A stretch of DNA of 64,000 bases, taken from Euprymna scolopes (lineage: Eukaryota). The stretch lies in assembly GCA_053919585.1 (NCBI GenBank), contig CM132785.1; one strand, written 5' to 3'. The notes below the pieces were generated by a model. That model saw only the letters and a program-made list of their open reading frames with translations. It was not told the origin of the DNA and ran no database searches. Numbering within the stretch: the first letter of the stretch is position 1; each line of letters starts with the position of its first letter. Below, one piece after another: positions 23,085-36,732 of the stretch. The position numbers and the translations under genes are program-made.

Positions 23085-23480
23085 CTAGCGGAGGTACCCG
23101 GTGTTACCCGGGTGTTTGTAGGTGTGTGTGTTGGGGGGGGGGGCGGTAGATCTAAACCCTATGTTAAACTTCTTTTGAAAAGTCTGAAAAACAAAACAAA
23201 AAAAACAACGAACATGATGTAAAAAGAAGAAAAAGTAAAATAAAAAAAACTTGTTTAAAAAAATCGGAAAAAAAATTAAAAGTTTTGGTAGGTAGGTATG
23301 ATCGAACCCGGAATGTTGAGGCGAAAACCTTGATAAGATACCCGCTCGCCCACGAAAAGAAAGTAACTGAAAGCAATTTCAATTTAACGTTTATAAATGG
23401 CAGGTGTGCGATATTTCTAATTAGCCATAACTTGTAATCAAGTGAACAAGTCACTCCTCTCTCTTTCACTGTATATTGAC
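23085..23480 (-). mobile_element. Non-autonomous Helitron (3' end clear, 5' end uncertain)
   Basis: Minus strand ACCCGGGTAACACCGGGT hairpin followed 6 nt later by CTAG|T at 23085. Confidence 0.65.
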
Positions 23481-24719
23481 TCAACCACTCAAATATTTTT
23501 AATGTTTCTGTGAGCATTTAGAAAAAAATTCATTTTTATTTTTTACTTCTTGTTTTGTCATCTAATTTACATAGTGTGTTCATACAGTGTGAATATGTAT
23601 ATAAATTAGATAATAAAATGAGTTGCTTCTATATTACACATAAGGATATAATATAGAAGTAAAGATACTTGATTTTTAGCTTTATAAGAAGAATTTCTTG
23701 CATATAGTAGAATAATCAAATAACAAATTATAGTATTAATTTTAAAGTTTAATACTTTTTCTTTCTTTAGAGGATATACGGTTTCGATGCCCCCTCCTCT
23801 AAATCGTATAGTTTAAGAAAAATATGCTCATGTTACATACCTTGTTGTTTAGAATACATATTTCATAATTTCAATAGTCTAGGATTTTACCAAGCATATA
23901 CATATTATTGACACTTTTGTATATGCACTAATTTTTTAAAACAAGTATTTACTTAACTCAAATTTTGATGTAGAGCAATTCATTTCTCTATTAAATTCTT
24001 ACAAAAAGATATGGCTATGTTACTCATCATATGCTTTAGAAATTCATTAGTTTAGTGGATTATCATGTACGAGTACACATACCTAAATTTATAGGAAGCT
24101 GATAGTCAGTATGCACTTTACTTTTAACTATTTATAACTTAGAAACATTATCTGATATAATTCATTTGTAAAAATATTTATATGCTTGATGAGTCAATTT
24201 TTTTTTTTTTTTTTGTTAGGCAAAAAAAAAAAAAATCATGATTTACTTATTACTTTTTACTAGTCTCGTCTGTGTACATTACGCAATATTATTTGGAATT
24301 CTTAGTTGAATCAAATTTTGAGTTATATTAATTAAAAAAGCTTGGATTTGTCAAAGTCATGTTAATTTCATAATTTTTTTAGTCGTTTTACTCTCTACCG
24401 TTCCTCTCTGTCTATAACATTTTTAGAATTCATAGTTTAACTTTGATGATATTATAGATATAGCTTTGTTTGTCGTTGTTTTAACAATTGCCTGTACTTA
24501 AAATCCTGTTGATAATTCTTTGAAGAATCATTCAAGATAATTGATTTTGAAAATCTAAAACTTAGGTTTTACACAAGAATTTCTCTATATTTTATAACCA
24601 TAGCAGAGGATATTTTATTTTAAAATAATTTTTTTCCTGTTATGTAATAATGAATTATCAATATGGAGATGGAATTTGAAATTTTTATGGCCCTGAGTAT
24701 GACAAAGTACTACAATGAG

Positions 24720-25361
24720 TCATGAGGCCTTAATTTGGGAAGTTGGAAAAATATGGAATCACCTGTTAGTTACCATGACTTCTTGGTTCACTCTAACCTG
24801 GAGTAGTAATCTGTAGCAAGATCTGAGATATTGATAAAATAAATTTGTACAGAACATAAGACACTCTGACACAAGGTGTTTACCTATACCCTACTCAACC
24901 ATCACAAAATCCATCTTGTTCAACCATTTTTCTTCTTTATTCTGCTTACCCTATTTCTTAAACCTATCAACTCCAACCCTAATCGCCTCCTTCCAACCGT
25001 CTGTTATGTATGTTAAAAAAAAAAAAATGCATAAAGTTGTGAGACCCTAATTTTGAAGCCTTGTTCCCTTGTTTCATGACTTTCAAGTCCAATCTGACCT
25101 GGAGTGGTAGAATCTGTTAGGATTGCATCTATTGGCTAAATACAATGTGTCACATACTCAGGACTAAACTGATTCGAACATCTTTAGGTAAAGTATTTCC
25201 CTCTGCCTCCACCCCCACCAACTTTAAATCTATCTTTTTGTATCCATTCTACATTTGTTTTTATCTTACCTATCCTATCAACTTAAGTTTTCTTTCCAAC
25301 CGTACTGGATATGATAAAGTTGCGTCCAATGATGAGACCCTAATTTTTAGCTTTGTAGAGT
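24720..25361 (+). repeat. Three diverged ~300-bp tandem copies of a dispersed repeat; the third is split by the hAT insertion and resumes at 28343-28440
   Basis: TGAGRCCYTAATTT...CTRACCTGGAGTRGTA at about 24722-24810 and 25040-25110, and at 25333 joined to 28350-28408. Confidence 0.75.
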
Positions 25362-28342
25362 TAGAGGTAGGGAGTACTGGGTCGAAAAAAGGTCACATCT
25401 TCAAAATCTGGTGGGGACCCCCTCAAATCAAAATATAAGGTGTATCTAGGTCAAAATCGAAAAAAAATTTGAAAAAAAAATTTTTTCATCTGTTGGCGGC
25501 ATTTTTTAGATCTGGGGCTGGTTTTTCAAGAAATATGTGTCCGAAATGTCAATATGAGTGATTTCAAGGCATAATTTTGCTTCTTGTGTATCTCCAATGC
25601 CCATTAATGGATATAAATAGTTTCAAATGACACAGGGTCATGTATTTAAACAGGTTTTGTGGTATTCTTGGTCAATTTCGGTCAAAAAATGGCCAAAATT
25701 GGCCGAAAAACAGGCAAAAATCACAAAAACCATCTTGGGTCACATAAATTATCCTCGTCCACCTTTATAAAGGTATATATTGCTGTAGATACCTAAAATA
25801 GACATTGGAGTACGATTATATACAGGTCTCAGATCTTTTTGGGCCTTTTTTGAAGAGAAATAGACCAAATTTTGACCCAAAATTGCCAAAAATAGGACGA
25901 AATTGCCAAAATCCTGTTCTCGGTCACTTAATCGATCCTTGTTCATTCCCAATGGATATGAATGACTTCAGACACACATATAAGGCAGAGAACCATGATT
26001 ATTGACAGGTCTTGGGGTCTTTAAGGCCAATTTTAGGGGTGAATTTGGTAAAATTGGACCTAAAATTGCTGAAAATAGGCCGAAATCGACATAATCCCGT
26101 CCTTTTATGATTTCCAAGTGCTTAACAGACTTAACAAAAGTGACTCAGATATACACTACAAGTACTACAATAATCCATCAAACTTGGCTGCAATCTCTTT
26201 GTGGTTGTGCAGTGTAAATTGCATGTTTCGGTCCGAAAGAACATCCCAGTCTCCGTTGATTTCGCATTCGACAATTTGATCTGCATCGATAGTATCACCA
26301 AAACTGCTAGACGACAGAACGTCTCGACAAGCAGCTTCACTATTTGCTTTCTATCCTCGTAGGCAAAGAACAGGGGACGGAGCGAGAACCTCTTTTTTCC
26401 AGAGAAATTGAATATAATGGCTGGCCATTCACCATCAATTTTACATCGTGATGTTGTGTCATAATGTAAGTGGCACTTCAAATTGTCGGAGTTGTTATAA
26501 AGAAAGTTGGCAGCAGCAGATTCGGCTTGAATTGCCATTATTTGCTTGTAATCAGTTATTGTTCTTGGTGCTGGCAAAACATTCTTATAACCTTCCCAAT
26601 CTGATTTGGAATGAGGCATGGGTTTTCGATTTAACTTGGCCTTCTTTTTACATGGTGCTTCATCATCTTCAATTATTTCATCACTCACTTCTGGGGGAGT
26701 TGAAGAATTGCAAGGAGAAGGATTAGCTTTGTCTGCCTCTTCCTTGTTCAAATAAAAATCATGTCCATACAGAATTTTGCAGACTATTTGAACAGCTAGA
26801 ATAGCTTTTTTCACTGAGATTCCACACTTCACACTGACTTCCACACAAACTTTTTTGATGGCTTCAGTGCAGTTTCGAATCTTACGAATCTCTGGCTGGG
26901 GTATGAAAGACTGGTCTGTTTGTGACGCAGCGTCAGCGCAATCTACAAGAACTCGAACCAGACCTGAACGAGTCATACTAACTCCTTCTTGACTGTTCTT
27001 TTCACTACCTACTGTAGTACTGTTGAGTGTGTCAACCACCTCATCCATGATGTATGAAAGTTCATCCTCCATCATTTCTACCTCAACTGCTTCTTTTTGT
27101 CGCATGTCCTCCATCTCTTTTTCAAACTCCTCGTCTACTTGTGTCAAGTCGATTCCCCAATTTCGATTCATTTTCAACTGATCATAGTAGAATGTCTTTT
27201 CCACTGGAGCAAACTTCTCAGGATCTACCGCCATGCCTTTGATGTTCAAGAGTTCGGAATGTTCCTTCTTAAACTCCATCTCTGCACGTCTTTTCTTCTT
27301 GCTGGTTGTAACAGCATTGTAGTATGACTGCAAAGATTTGCAAATCTTCTTCTTCACCGATTTCGCAGACAGAACATTAGATGCGGAGAACGCCTTCGAC
27401 CAGGTTATCATTAATCCCTTGGCGCAATCTGACACAGCTTGTTTTCTGAGTCTAGTCTCTTTCTCTTCAGTTGGTTGTCCAGATGGTGCGACTTCAAGAA
27501 TTTTAGCAATGCCTTCATATTCTGAAGGAAGAAGATCACCAAAAGAGAAAGTTGTGGACTGCTCTGCAACACTACTCATTCTACCAGCTGACTCTTCAAT
27601 ACAATCCTGAAAGAGAAATATAACTGTGTCAGGATATTCAAAATGGACCCAAATAAAAATATGAATGGACCCAAGGAGAAGGAGATTTCAACTGTGTGCT
27701 ATGATTATGATAAAAATAACATAGCAAGGAGACTCTACATTTCAGAGTCTCATTTTGAACTGACCAAATAAACAAAACAACTCCTTTCTCAGATAACACT
27801 GCAATGTTATCAATCATTCGATTCTACTAGTACTAGTCCCCAAGCCCCTTGGGAAACTAGTTAAATAACACAATTTTTGTATGAAGCTTTGTAAGAAACA
27901 TTCTTATGTAAAATTTACCAGATTTGGAACACTGGACGATTAAGGGTATTTCTTTCCGCAAAATGAATGACATCTAGGGTGTAAATCACTGTGAAAATTG
28001 TGCTAAAATCCCGATTTTGTACTAAAAAATGACTTTTATATGCTAAAATAAAACTCAATTTAGCTATACATTGTGTCATTCCTATCCTAATTCATTGACC
28101 AAGTCAAAAGAAGTGAAAATACCTAAGTTTCAACTGCTATTTCTTATCCCTTCTTTTGCAAAGATGGGTAAATGGGCGTTTTTGGGCCCCGGAGCCTAAA
28201 AATCTAAAAAATGGCGCCAACAGATGAATTTTGATTTTTTTTTTCAAAATTTTTTCGATTCTTACCTAGGTTTAGTGCATATTTTGATCTGAGGGGGTCT
28301 CCACCAAAATCTGAAGACCCGACCCAGTACTCCCTACCTCTA
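25362..28342 (-). mobile_element. hAT-superfamily DNA transposon (hATm/x/w-like), internally deleted, 7-bp TSD
   Basis: Perfect 23-bp termini TAGAGGTAGGGAGTACTGGGTCG / CGACCCAGTACTCCCTACCTCTA extending imperfectly to ~150 bp; TSD GTAGAGT at 25355-25361 and 28343-28349. Confidence 0.88.
26131..27579 (-). CDS. Truncated transposase (N-terminal half up to just past the first catalytic Asp)
   Basis: WSKA...KKKI...F...LLNI...EKTFYYDQ..R...VD N-terminal pattern and LHYDTTS first-Asp strand. Splice acceptor TTTCTCTTTCAG at 27607. Near 26300 it joins what looks like the true C-terminus in another frame (IVECEINGDWDVLSDRNMQFTLHNHKEIAAKF). Confidence 0.7.
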   Translation of the reverse strand: MSSVAEQSTTFSFGDLLPSEYEGIAKILEVAPSGQPTEEKETRLRKQAVSDCAKGLMITWSKAFSASNVLSAKSVKKKICKSLQSYYNAVTTSKKKRRAEMEFKKEHSELLNIKGMAVDPEKFAPVEKTFYYDQLKMNRNWGIDLTQVDEEFEKEMEDMRQKEAVEVEMMEDELSYIMDEVVDTLNSTTVGSEKNSQEGVSMTRSGLVRVLVDCADAASQTDQSFIPQPEIRKIRNCTEAIKKVCVEVSVKCGISVKKAILAVQIVCKILYGHDFYLNKEEADKANPSPCNSSTPPEVSDEIIEDDEAPCKKKAKLNRKPMPHSKSDWEGYKNVLPAPRTITDYKQIMAIQAESAAANFLYNNSDNLKCHLHYDTTSRCKIDGEWPAIIFNFSGKKRFSLRPLFFAYEDRKQIVKLLVETFCRLAVLVILSMQIKLSNAKSTETGMFFRTETCNLHCTTTKRLQPSLMDYCSTCSVYLSHFC

Positions 28343-29389
28343 GTAGAGTGTGGAATCCTCTCTTAATTATCACTACTCTCAGGTCCGCTCTGACCTGGAG
28401 TGGTAGTATGTCAAAGCGTCATCTATGAGGTAAACAAAAAATCTTTACAAACAAATATATGCTATATACAACAGAAAATGACTTGATGATGGTTGACATA
28501 CTGTAAAACCCAACAACTATCAAATCTTTTCCTTGCACAAGTCAGAGTGTCAGTGAAACTTCTCACTTTTGAAGTCAGTCAGGTTTGAGGATTGAATTGT
28601 TTTTTCTCTTGATTTCCCATTTCTGCTTTGCCGTCTGCTCTATAAATAAACCTAGCTCAAAAATAGAGAACACTTCTGCAAAAATACAATTGATTCTAGA
28701 ATAATATAGTATGGATTAAATAAAGAATAAATTGGAACAACTCTTAAAAAAATGTAGAAGCATTCTTTTAGGTATTGATTTTAATAAATCATAATCTCCT
28801 ATATAATAAAATGACTGCAGAAATTTCCCTCTGGACCAAAGAACGTAGGTTTGCAACAACAGATACCACATACAAATTCAATACAGCTAGGCTAATAGCT
28901 ACTATCTTATGCAACTTTCCAACATTTTATACACATTCAGTCATGATAATAAAATGCTACATTTGCTTCTGATGAGCAACACCATCACAATCACAACATC
29001 TTCAGAGAAAGGAGTCCCATTTTTCCTCTCTAAGTATTTAGTTCTACCACCGCTACCAGTTGTCACTGGAAACAATTCTACATGTTCCACAAATACTGTG
29101 GTTACACCGATCGTAACTGGCTCATATATACATAATCTTTCCTATTACAGATCCATGAATAATAAATTATTCCTTGCCAAGTTTCATCCATTCTGATTGG
29201 CTGAGCTCTGAAAATTCTCCTATTCTGAAATCTAATTATTCGCTTCATAAACGAACACTTAGTAATATTACAACATTGTATCACTAAGAGACATTTACGA
29301 CAAGGAATTCTTCACCAAAAAGTCAACAACATGGAGTTATTATACCAGTGAACACACTGCGTGTACATTGGTGATTTTTGAAAAACAAC

Positions 29390-30121
29390 ACATTATGTAT
29401 TTAAATATTGAACATTTTAGCTTCCAAATATTTGTGGATTTTATATTCAGATTTTTTCTATTAACTATTAAAATAAAACTTTGTCTTCATCGACAATGAT
29501 GCCTTCCTCAAAGTATCAACAAAACTGATTTCTTTTAGCATAAAACACACTGCTTGTCCACTGATGTTTTAAAATTACGCATTACATATGCATTTATACA
29601 TTAAGGAGTTTAGCTCCCAAATATTTTACTTTTTGGTCCCCCAACAAAAGGAGGTTGGGCCTGTTAATTCACCCTTGTCCGTTCGTCTGTCTGCACTTTT
29701 CTCAATAACTACGCGTTGGAATCTTTTGAAATTTTGCACAAACATTAAACATGATATAAGTAAAAAAAAGTAACAACAAATTTTCCATTTCCTTTTGGGT
29801 TAAAATGGCTAAAATCGACACTTTTGTGCTTATTAAAATCATTGATGCCTTGGATTTTTATAAAACTTTCTGAAAAGTTGTAACTAACTGATTTCTGTAT
29901 AATTTTGTTTGTCTATACTTTGCGATAACTCTTGGGTGTGCCTCAGGGGCTCTTTTAGGGCTGATAAAAACACTCCATTTTTGGGACTATTTTTACCATA
30001 TTTGCCCAAAATTTTCTATATACATCTATTTAGCAGTTTAGCAGCATGGTACTGAACTCAAATTTAAATATGTTAAGGCCTTGAGGACTTTTGGGGCTAA
30101 ATGCAGGGGGCAGATGATGGA

Positions 30122-30154
<33 letters not shown>

Positions 30155-30912
30155 ATGATGCAGAACTCCAATTTACATATGTTAAGTCCTAAAACTGGAC
30201 CATTTGTTTTTCACCAGAATTTGACGTCCCCTGGGGACTTTTGGAGCTAAATGTGAGGAAGGGGGGGGGGCCAATGCTGAACTTAGTCATGTTTTTTATG
30301 CCTTGTTCACTGTGCACTCATGTAGGATCATGCATGCTTCACTTAAGATTTTTCCTAAAAACTTAGAATAAACAAACGCCGACATCTTCGTCAACTATGT
30401 CGCGTTTTTTTTGTATTCTGCCGAAAAATAAATACAGAAATTTAATGAACAAACTAAAATAAACTTATTTTTTGCTAACTAAATTGAAAAGGTTAGCTCC
30501 TAAATGTGTTTTTTTGTGTTTTATTATGCTGAAAGATAAATACGGAAATTTTTACAACAATGTGTTACTTATGTATTTAAATATTGAACATTTTAGTTCC
30601 CAAATATTTGTGGCTTTTATATTAAAATTTTTCCTAATAACATAAAATAAAACAACATTGCCATTTTAGTCACCGCCACTTTCATCAAAATATCAACAAA
30701 ACTGATTTCTTTTAGCATAAAACACACTGCATTATTATACTGCATGTCCACTGGTGATGTTTCAAAACTACGCATTACATATGTATTTATACATTGTGGG
30801 GGTTAGCTCCCTTATATTTGTGTGTGTGTTTTTTTTTTTTTTACATTATGCTGACAGATAAATACAGAAATTTATTGAATGAAATAAAGCAAACTTATTT
30901 TTTTGCTAACAA
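29390..30912. repeat. Diverged direct repeats (29390-29628 vs 30567-30818; 30405-30480 vs 30840-30912) interrupted by a HINE-like insertion
   Basis: Shared TATGTATTTAAATATTGAACATTTTAG and ATCAACAAAACTGATTTCTTTTAGCATAAAACACACTGC. Confidence 0.8.
29630..30344 (+). mobile_element. DINE-1/HINE-like non-autonomous Helentron, copy 1
   Basis: T-run, GGTCCC subterminal motif, GTCCGTTCGTCTGTCTG microsatellite, core TTCTCAATAACTAC...GAAATTTTGCACAAACATTA, end TGCATGCTTCACTT. Homologous to the copies at 41728 and 43733. Confidence 0.65.
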
Positions 30913-30989
30913 TTGTATTTCTGCTACATATTTCCTTTAATAATATTTCAGTAATATATTTTTTTTCTCAAAACAAATCATTAGAAAAT

Positions 30990-31740
30990 ATGGTTGGTTG
31001 TTGCAGTGTTCACCCTGGATTGGTTGGGCTGTTCCATCCAGCAAATTCACTGCATCCTGTATAATAGCCGACTAGGCGCAGTGGTCACAGGCTGTTTCTG
31101 CTACAAATATTTGTGGTCCTATAGCCGGAGCACATGGAGGTTGGGGGCCAAGGATCATTTCAGTATCTTATTTCACCGTCCTGAAACAGATCTTGAGTTG
31201 GCGTTTCTTCCAGTCTGGTGGTGGTGCTGGGTCGATGGCTTCATGAATGAGGTCACCTGGCTGAACCAGTGAAGGCGTCTGGCAAGGAGAGATTGTTGAA
31301 GGGAGTGTATCTTGCATTGTGCTTGGACATGTTGGAGAGGAATTGTTGCCAGTGGATATGTAGGATGCAGTGTAGGCAGTGATGGTCGAATACCTAAAGG
31401 TTGCGAAGGTCACTTGCACGCATAGGCCAGGTTTTGCAACCATAAAGCAGAATAGTGTGGATTGAGGCCTGGTAGATCCTGATCTTTGTGTTGAGCTTTA
31501 TCTCTTTCTGGGACCAGAGCTGCGATCGCAGTTGGCAGAAGCCGAGACAAGCATTGCTGATGTAGTTATGGATATTTTCTTAGCCTGTCATGATGATGAT
31601 GAATCCAAGGTATTTAAACTGATTGACCTCTTTGAGGATTTTTGTGTCGAGGACAACCAGCTGTCTTTCAGTTGAAGGGAAACCAGCTGTCAGAAGCTGT
31701 AGTCTTATTGGTGTTAATCTTCATGCCGTGATCAGCATTA
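30990..31740 (-). mobile_element. Degenerate RTE-clade LINE 3' fragment
   Basis: Minus-strand translation gives KINTNKT, EVNQFKYLG, LWSQKEIKLNTKIRIYQASIHTILLYGCKTW; ends in a short (CAAC)n tail. Confidence 0.8.
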
Positions 31741-33447
31741 GGGAATGTAGTAGATTATTTGGAAACTAAACTCAATATATAAATATATATGAAATGCGTT
31801 GGTACTTCGCTCTGGTATGTTCATTTTGGCTACAGGTGCCAGTGCCCACTATTATACTGGCTGGCAGTATAACAACTGACTCATAACCGTAGCTTTTTTT
31901 TTTTTTACAGGTGGGGTGGGTCATACTTCCACGGTGCAACGCTGGTCCACAGGTCCTGTTAGTTAAATATATTTTTAAATATAAATCCATAAGGAAATGT
32001 ACTACAATAAGTTTATATTTTAGGCATAATGCCATTGCAATTTTTTTCTTCTACTGATGGTATGATTTCATAGAAGAGAATGCCAAAGTGTGTTGGCTGT
32101 AACTGACATTAGCACATAACTACTTCTAGAAAGGTCTTTCTTGCTTCCTGTAACTATCAGTTAATGTTTGGATTTGTGTTAAATCACTTTTAAGAACGTT
32201 TTGTGTAGGTGATTTAAAAATAGATATCAGTAGAAAAATATTGTTAGAATGTGAAAACGGCAGCCTTTGATGGTTTATTTAAGTGCAGTTTCTGAATTAT
32301 AATTTTAGATCAACTTCAAATAATCTAGAAAATGTTTTTAAATCTCTATAATTTTGCTAGGAATAGTACATTATAAATAACATTCAATGACCTTCAGTTA
32401 AGGTTACTACATGCAATTTTGCTTGAAGTAAAATCAGATTATTTTCATATATTTTGGACAGGGCTGTGGAGTCAGTAGCACAATTGCTTCACTCAGACTC
32501 CTGAAGTTTTGAAAGGTTGGACTCTGACTCCAACCATAAGTAAATAATATATACTGTATATTATTTTATAGTGTTTTGACTTTAAAAAAGATGACCTGTG
32601 GAATAATAAAAATACTACCATCATTTAATAAAAGCCTGAAGATTTTGATATTTTTTCTTTGGAGCATTTGTTGTATATCGCTTTTTTTATTCTATTTTTT
32701 TTTTTTTTTTTGTCAGCCAATTTTTAATTTGCTCTTGAAATTTAAAAAAAAAAAAAGCAAAAAAGCAAAACTCTAACCTTTCCACCCTTTTTTCCAGAAT
32801 AAGGTGCTCTTTACATATTTTCAACTGTTATCCTCACATTGGTTATTTTATTCACAATATTTTGATTGATATATTCTTTAGCTTTCAACGCCATCTATCA
32901 TAGTTCATCACTTTTATGGAATTTTGAACTTGCTTTTATTCTGCATTCTATGATTTTAAGATGTCTCGTAAAAGTTCCTTCATCAGGAATTGCAATTCTA
33001 GTTAAGTCACTTTAGAATATATATTAACCAGCACCTTTATCAATAAGTCCAGAAAAGGACAGGCTGTAGAGTACAATGGATATTGTGACCCTGGCAACAA
33101 CCAAGAAAATAGTTTGAAACATGTAAATAAAAACTGGGTTAAGTTAAATGATGGTTATTATTAAAAAAACAAAAAATTATAAAAAACAATCATGTCATAA
33201 GTATACTTTGTTTGAGTGATAGAATAAATGAAACATATTGTTATTTAAAGTAAATTCTGTTTATGCCTAGAGTCCAAATTTTAATATTTTTTATTTTTGC
33301 TCAGTATTAGTTTTTTTTTATTATTACTGTACCGAGTCCTTTTAATATAACTATTTTGTGATATCATTTTTTTTGTACAGCATTAATAGTATTTTAACAA
33401 AATAAAAAAATTACATTTTAAATCTATATATATGATATTATAATGTA

Positions 33448-34747
33448 CTAGCAATCGGTGCCCGGCGTTGCCCAGGTGTTTTGAGGTTAATGCTGAGAAA
33501 AAAAAAAAGGGTCAATTTTTTAAAACTTTGACCCCTATTATGACCTTTTAACATTTATTGTTTAGGGATCAAGTAAAGTTAATAAGTTAGATCCATGTCC
33601 AAGGAATCTATATCTAAAATATCACGTGTTTACTGTTTAGACCCAAAATTGTAGGAGGAGTTTGGTAGAGTTCTCAAAGGTCAAATCGTTGAATATATTA
33701 AATATTATTTTTTAAAGCAGTTTGGCCTTCAAAATTTTTGTTTGGCCTTTTTCTTCACCGATGAAATCTGGAGACGCAACGGGAATTTTCGGCAAAAAAA
33801 TGTTGTTACTATGCACATCTATGTAATGAAATACAATTTGTGGCAAAATTTCAGGAAAAACTAATGGATGGTTATCTCGCAATAGTCCGGACAATTCGCT
33901 AAATTATCTCGTCAAAACCTTAAATCTCGAATTTTTGTGCATTTTTTTTTTTTTGGAGGGGGGGCTAATTTGGCATAATAGTGTCCATTTAATAGTATTA
34001 TCTTGAAAAAATAAAAAAATAAGGAAAATTACCAAAAAAAACAAACAAGAACAACAAAAGTGTGCCGTATTTTTAAAAGTTTTATTGCGTTGTTTTTATT
34101 TGCTTCTTTTATTTCATCGGTGAAGAAAATGGCCAAACAGAAATTTTGAAGGCCAAACTGCTTTAAAAAATGGCCAAATTCGCGAAATTTGGCCTCGCTA
34201 TAAAAAAAAAGGGGGAAATCCCCCTACTTGAACTTTCTGTTTAATTTCGCTTGTAGCGTTGATTTTTTTCTTTTTTCGCTATAAAAAAATAACTACTTGA
34301 TGAAATTATGTGATTTTTTCTGTAGGAAAACTTTATCCCATGACGAGTACGTACAATATATTTTTTTTAAAAATATTTCCATTTTTTAATGTCAATGGAA
34401 AACTGCACACGTACCCAAACCCGAAATGTAAAGACCACGAGTGAACGCGGGTTTTTTTTTTTTAGTTTAGTTTCATAATGACGGCCGTGATGTCGGAGGT
34501 TCGATTGTTAGATTGTAAGTTAGTTTCGTATCTTTGTAATTTGTAAATCGCAAGTTAGGAAAAAATTAAACCCTTCCAAGATGGACAATAAATAAAGCCA
34601 TAATATTTTATGGTATCGTTAAAAGCCTACGAACCATAGTTTTTTAGGAGATGTGATTATTGGATTAACCAATCAGAAATCGTCTGTGGCACACACATCT
34701 CTGTTTTTATAGATATATAGATAGATAGATATAGATATAGATATAGA
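33448..34747 (-). mobile_element. Non-autonomous Helitron, both termini present
   Basis: 5' A|TCTATATCTAT... at 34747; 3' CCTGGGCAACGCCGGG hairpin then CTAG|T at 33448; internal 60-bp inverted repeat 33708-33767/34111-34170. Confidence 0.8.
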
Positions 34748-35481
34748 TTTAAACGTTTTGTCAGAATTGTCCTTGTTTTATTTTGATATAACAATGAAAA
34801 ATTAAGAAAAAGAATAAACATTTAAAACTTTTTTGAGGGGGGGGGGGCTTCAAGAGGTAAAAATGTAACCAAAAAGTAAAAACAAAATATTTGTTGTATG
34901 TAGCAGATATTATGTAGAATTGAACAACTTAAAAGCTGTAGAGGAGTGTTGAATATTGGTTGAAATTTTCATACAGATTTTATTTAGTGCAAGATGCCTG
35001 AACATAGTTATAAATCTGGCCAAGTTCATCTTTAGCCATAATTCTTTTTCTACTTGTAAAATTACAGCTTTATTTATTTTTTGCATTTATATATATTCTT
35101 TAATGTAACTATTTTAAGGAACAGCAGATTAAATTGGAATTTAGAAAAAGTAGTGTAATTGTAGTCCTAGGAATATTCCTAGAATTTCATAGTAGTGCGA
35201 TCTAAAATAAATAAAGTAAATATTTTTCCAAAGCACAAAGTTTTTTTTATTCATTTGTTGGTAAAAAAAGATAGATTTAAAATATGGTGACACAAATTAT
35301 AATTAATATTGATTAATGATCTTAATTATATCTATAGAATTTTGCTTGCATTGTCTTTAATACAGGCACTCTCTTCTATCACAGTATATTGCCATTTCTG
35401 CCCCCCCCCCCAAAAAAAAAATGTGTTGGAGAAAAAATGGAAAAATAAAAAAAGCAACTGAATAATCAATAAAAGTAAATA

Positions 35482-36732
35482 TTAGGTTGATTAGAGTGTT
35501 CTTGCGGAATGTCTAATTTTGATTTTAAACAAGGTATTTTCAAATAAAGTTTTGTTATAATAATTTTGTATGTTTTAAAGAACGTTTTTTGCTCTATCTA
35601 ATCGTTTAAATTACAATCATTTTAAGACAATAATGTCTTTTCAGAACGTTGAATACAAGATGGAAAAAAGCAAATTCACACAGTTTTTTTTATTTTGATT
35701 CAACCTAGGACAAAAAAACAGTTTGCGCTATCAACGAAGTGTTTAGCTCGGGAACCACTACTGAATGCACAGCACAATGGTGGTTCAAGAAATTTTGTGG
35801 TGGCAACGAGAGTCTTGAAGATAAGTTTAGTAGTTGACCATTGGATGTTGACAACGATCAATTAAAGAGCCTTAGTCGAAGCCAATCCATGCACAAGTGT
35901 TCGAGAACTTGCTTCTGAATTAGAGATTACGATGATTTCCAACCACTTGAGAGAGATTGGAAAGACCAAGAAACTTGATAAATTGGTGCCTCACGAATTG
36001 AATGACAACAAAAAGAAACGCCATTATGAAGTGTCGTCTTCTCTTCTTTTACGTAACAAACATGACCCGTTTCTTGACCAAGTTGTGACTTGCAATGAAA
36101 AGTGGATTCTTTATGACAGCTGTCGACACTCGGCTCAGTGGTTAGACGCTGACAAAGCTCCACGACAATTCCCAAAGCCAGTTGCACCAAAAAAATGTCA
36201 TGCTGATTGTTTAGTGGTCTGCGACCAGTCTCATCCATTAGTGTTTTGAATGCAGGTGAAACCACTACGGCGGATAAGTACTGTCAACAAATGGATAAAA
36301 TGCATCAGAAACTTCGACAACACTCAACATTAGTCAACAGAAAATGCCCAATTCTCCTCAGTGACAATGTCAAACTGCACGTTGCTAAACAGACCCTGCA
36401 GAAGTTGAACGAATTGGACTACGAAACTCTGCCTCATCCGCCATACTCTCTAGACCTCTCACCTACCGATTACTATTTTTTCAAGTATATCGACAAATTT
36501 CTGTAAGAAATGCTTCAGAAACCTAAGCAATATCAAAAATACCTTCAGTGACTTCATCACCACCAGAATGCAAGATTTTTATGTTACTGGCATAAATACA
36601 CTTATTTTGCTTTGGCAAAAATGTGTTGATTCTGGTGGCGCTTATTTTGATCAATATATTTTTGTTTGAGCCGAGATATGTTCATCTGAATTTAAAAGTT
36701 AAAAAAACACAAGAACTTTCTTGTCAACCTGA
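35482..36732 (+). mobile_element. Full-length degenerate mariner (DD34D type)
   Basis: TA-flanked TIRs TTAGGTTG.../...CAACCTGA; transposase remnants LVPHEL, VTCNEKWILYD, LLSDNVKLH, LPHPPYSLDLSPTDY; multiple frameshifts. Confidence 0.93.
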
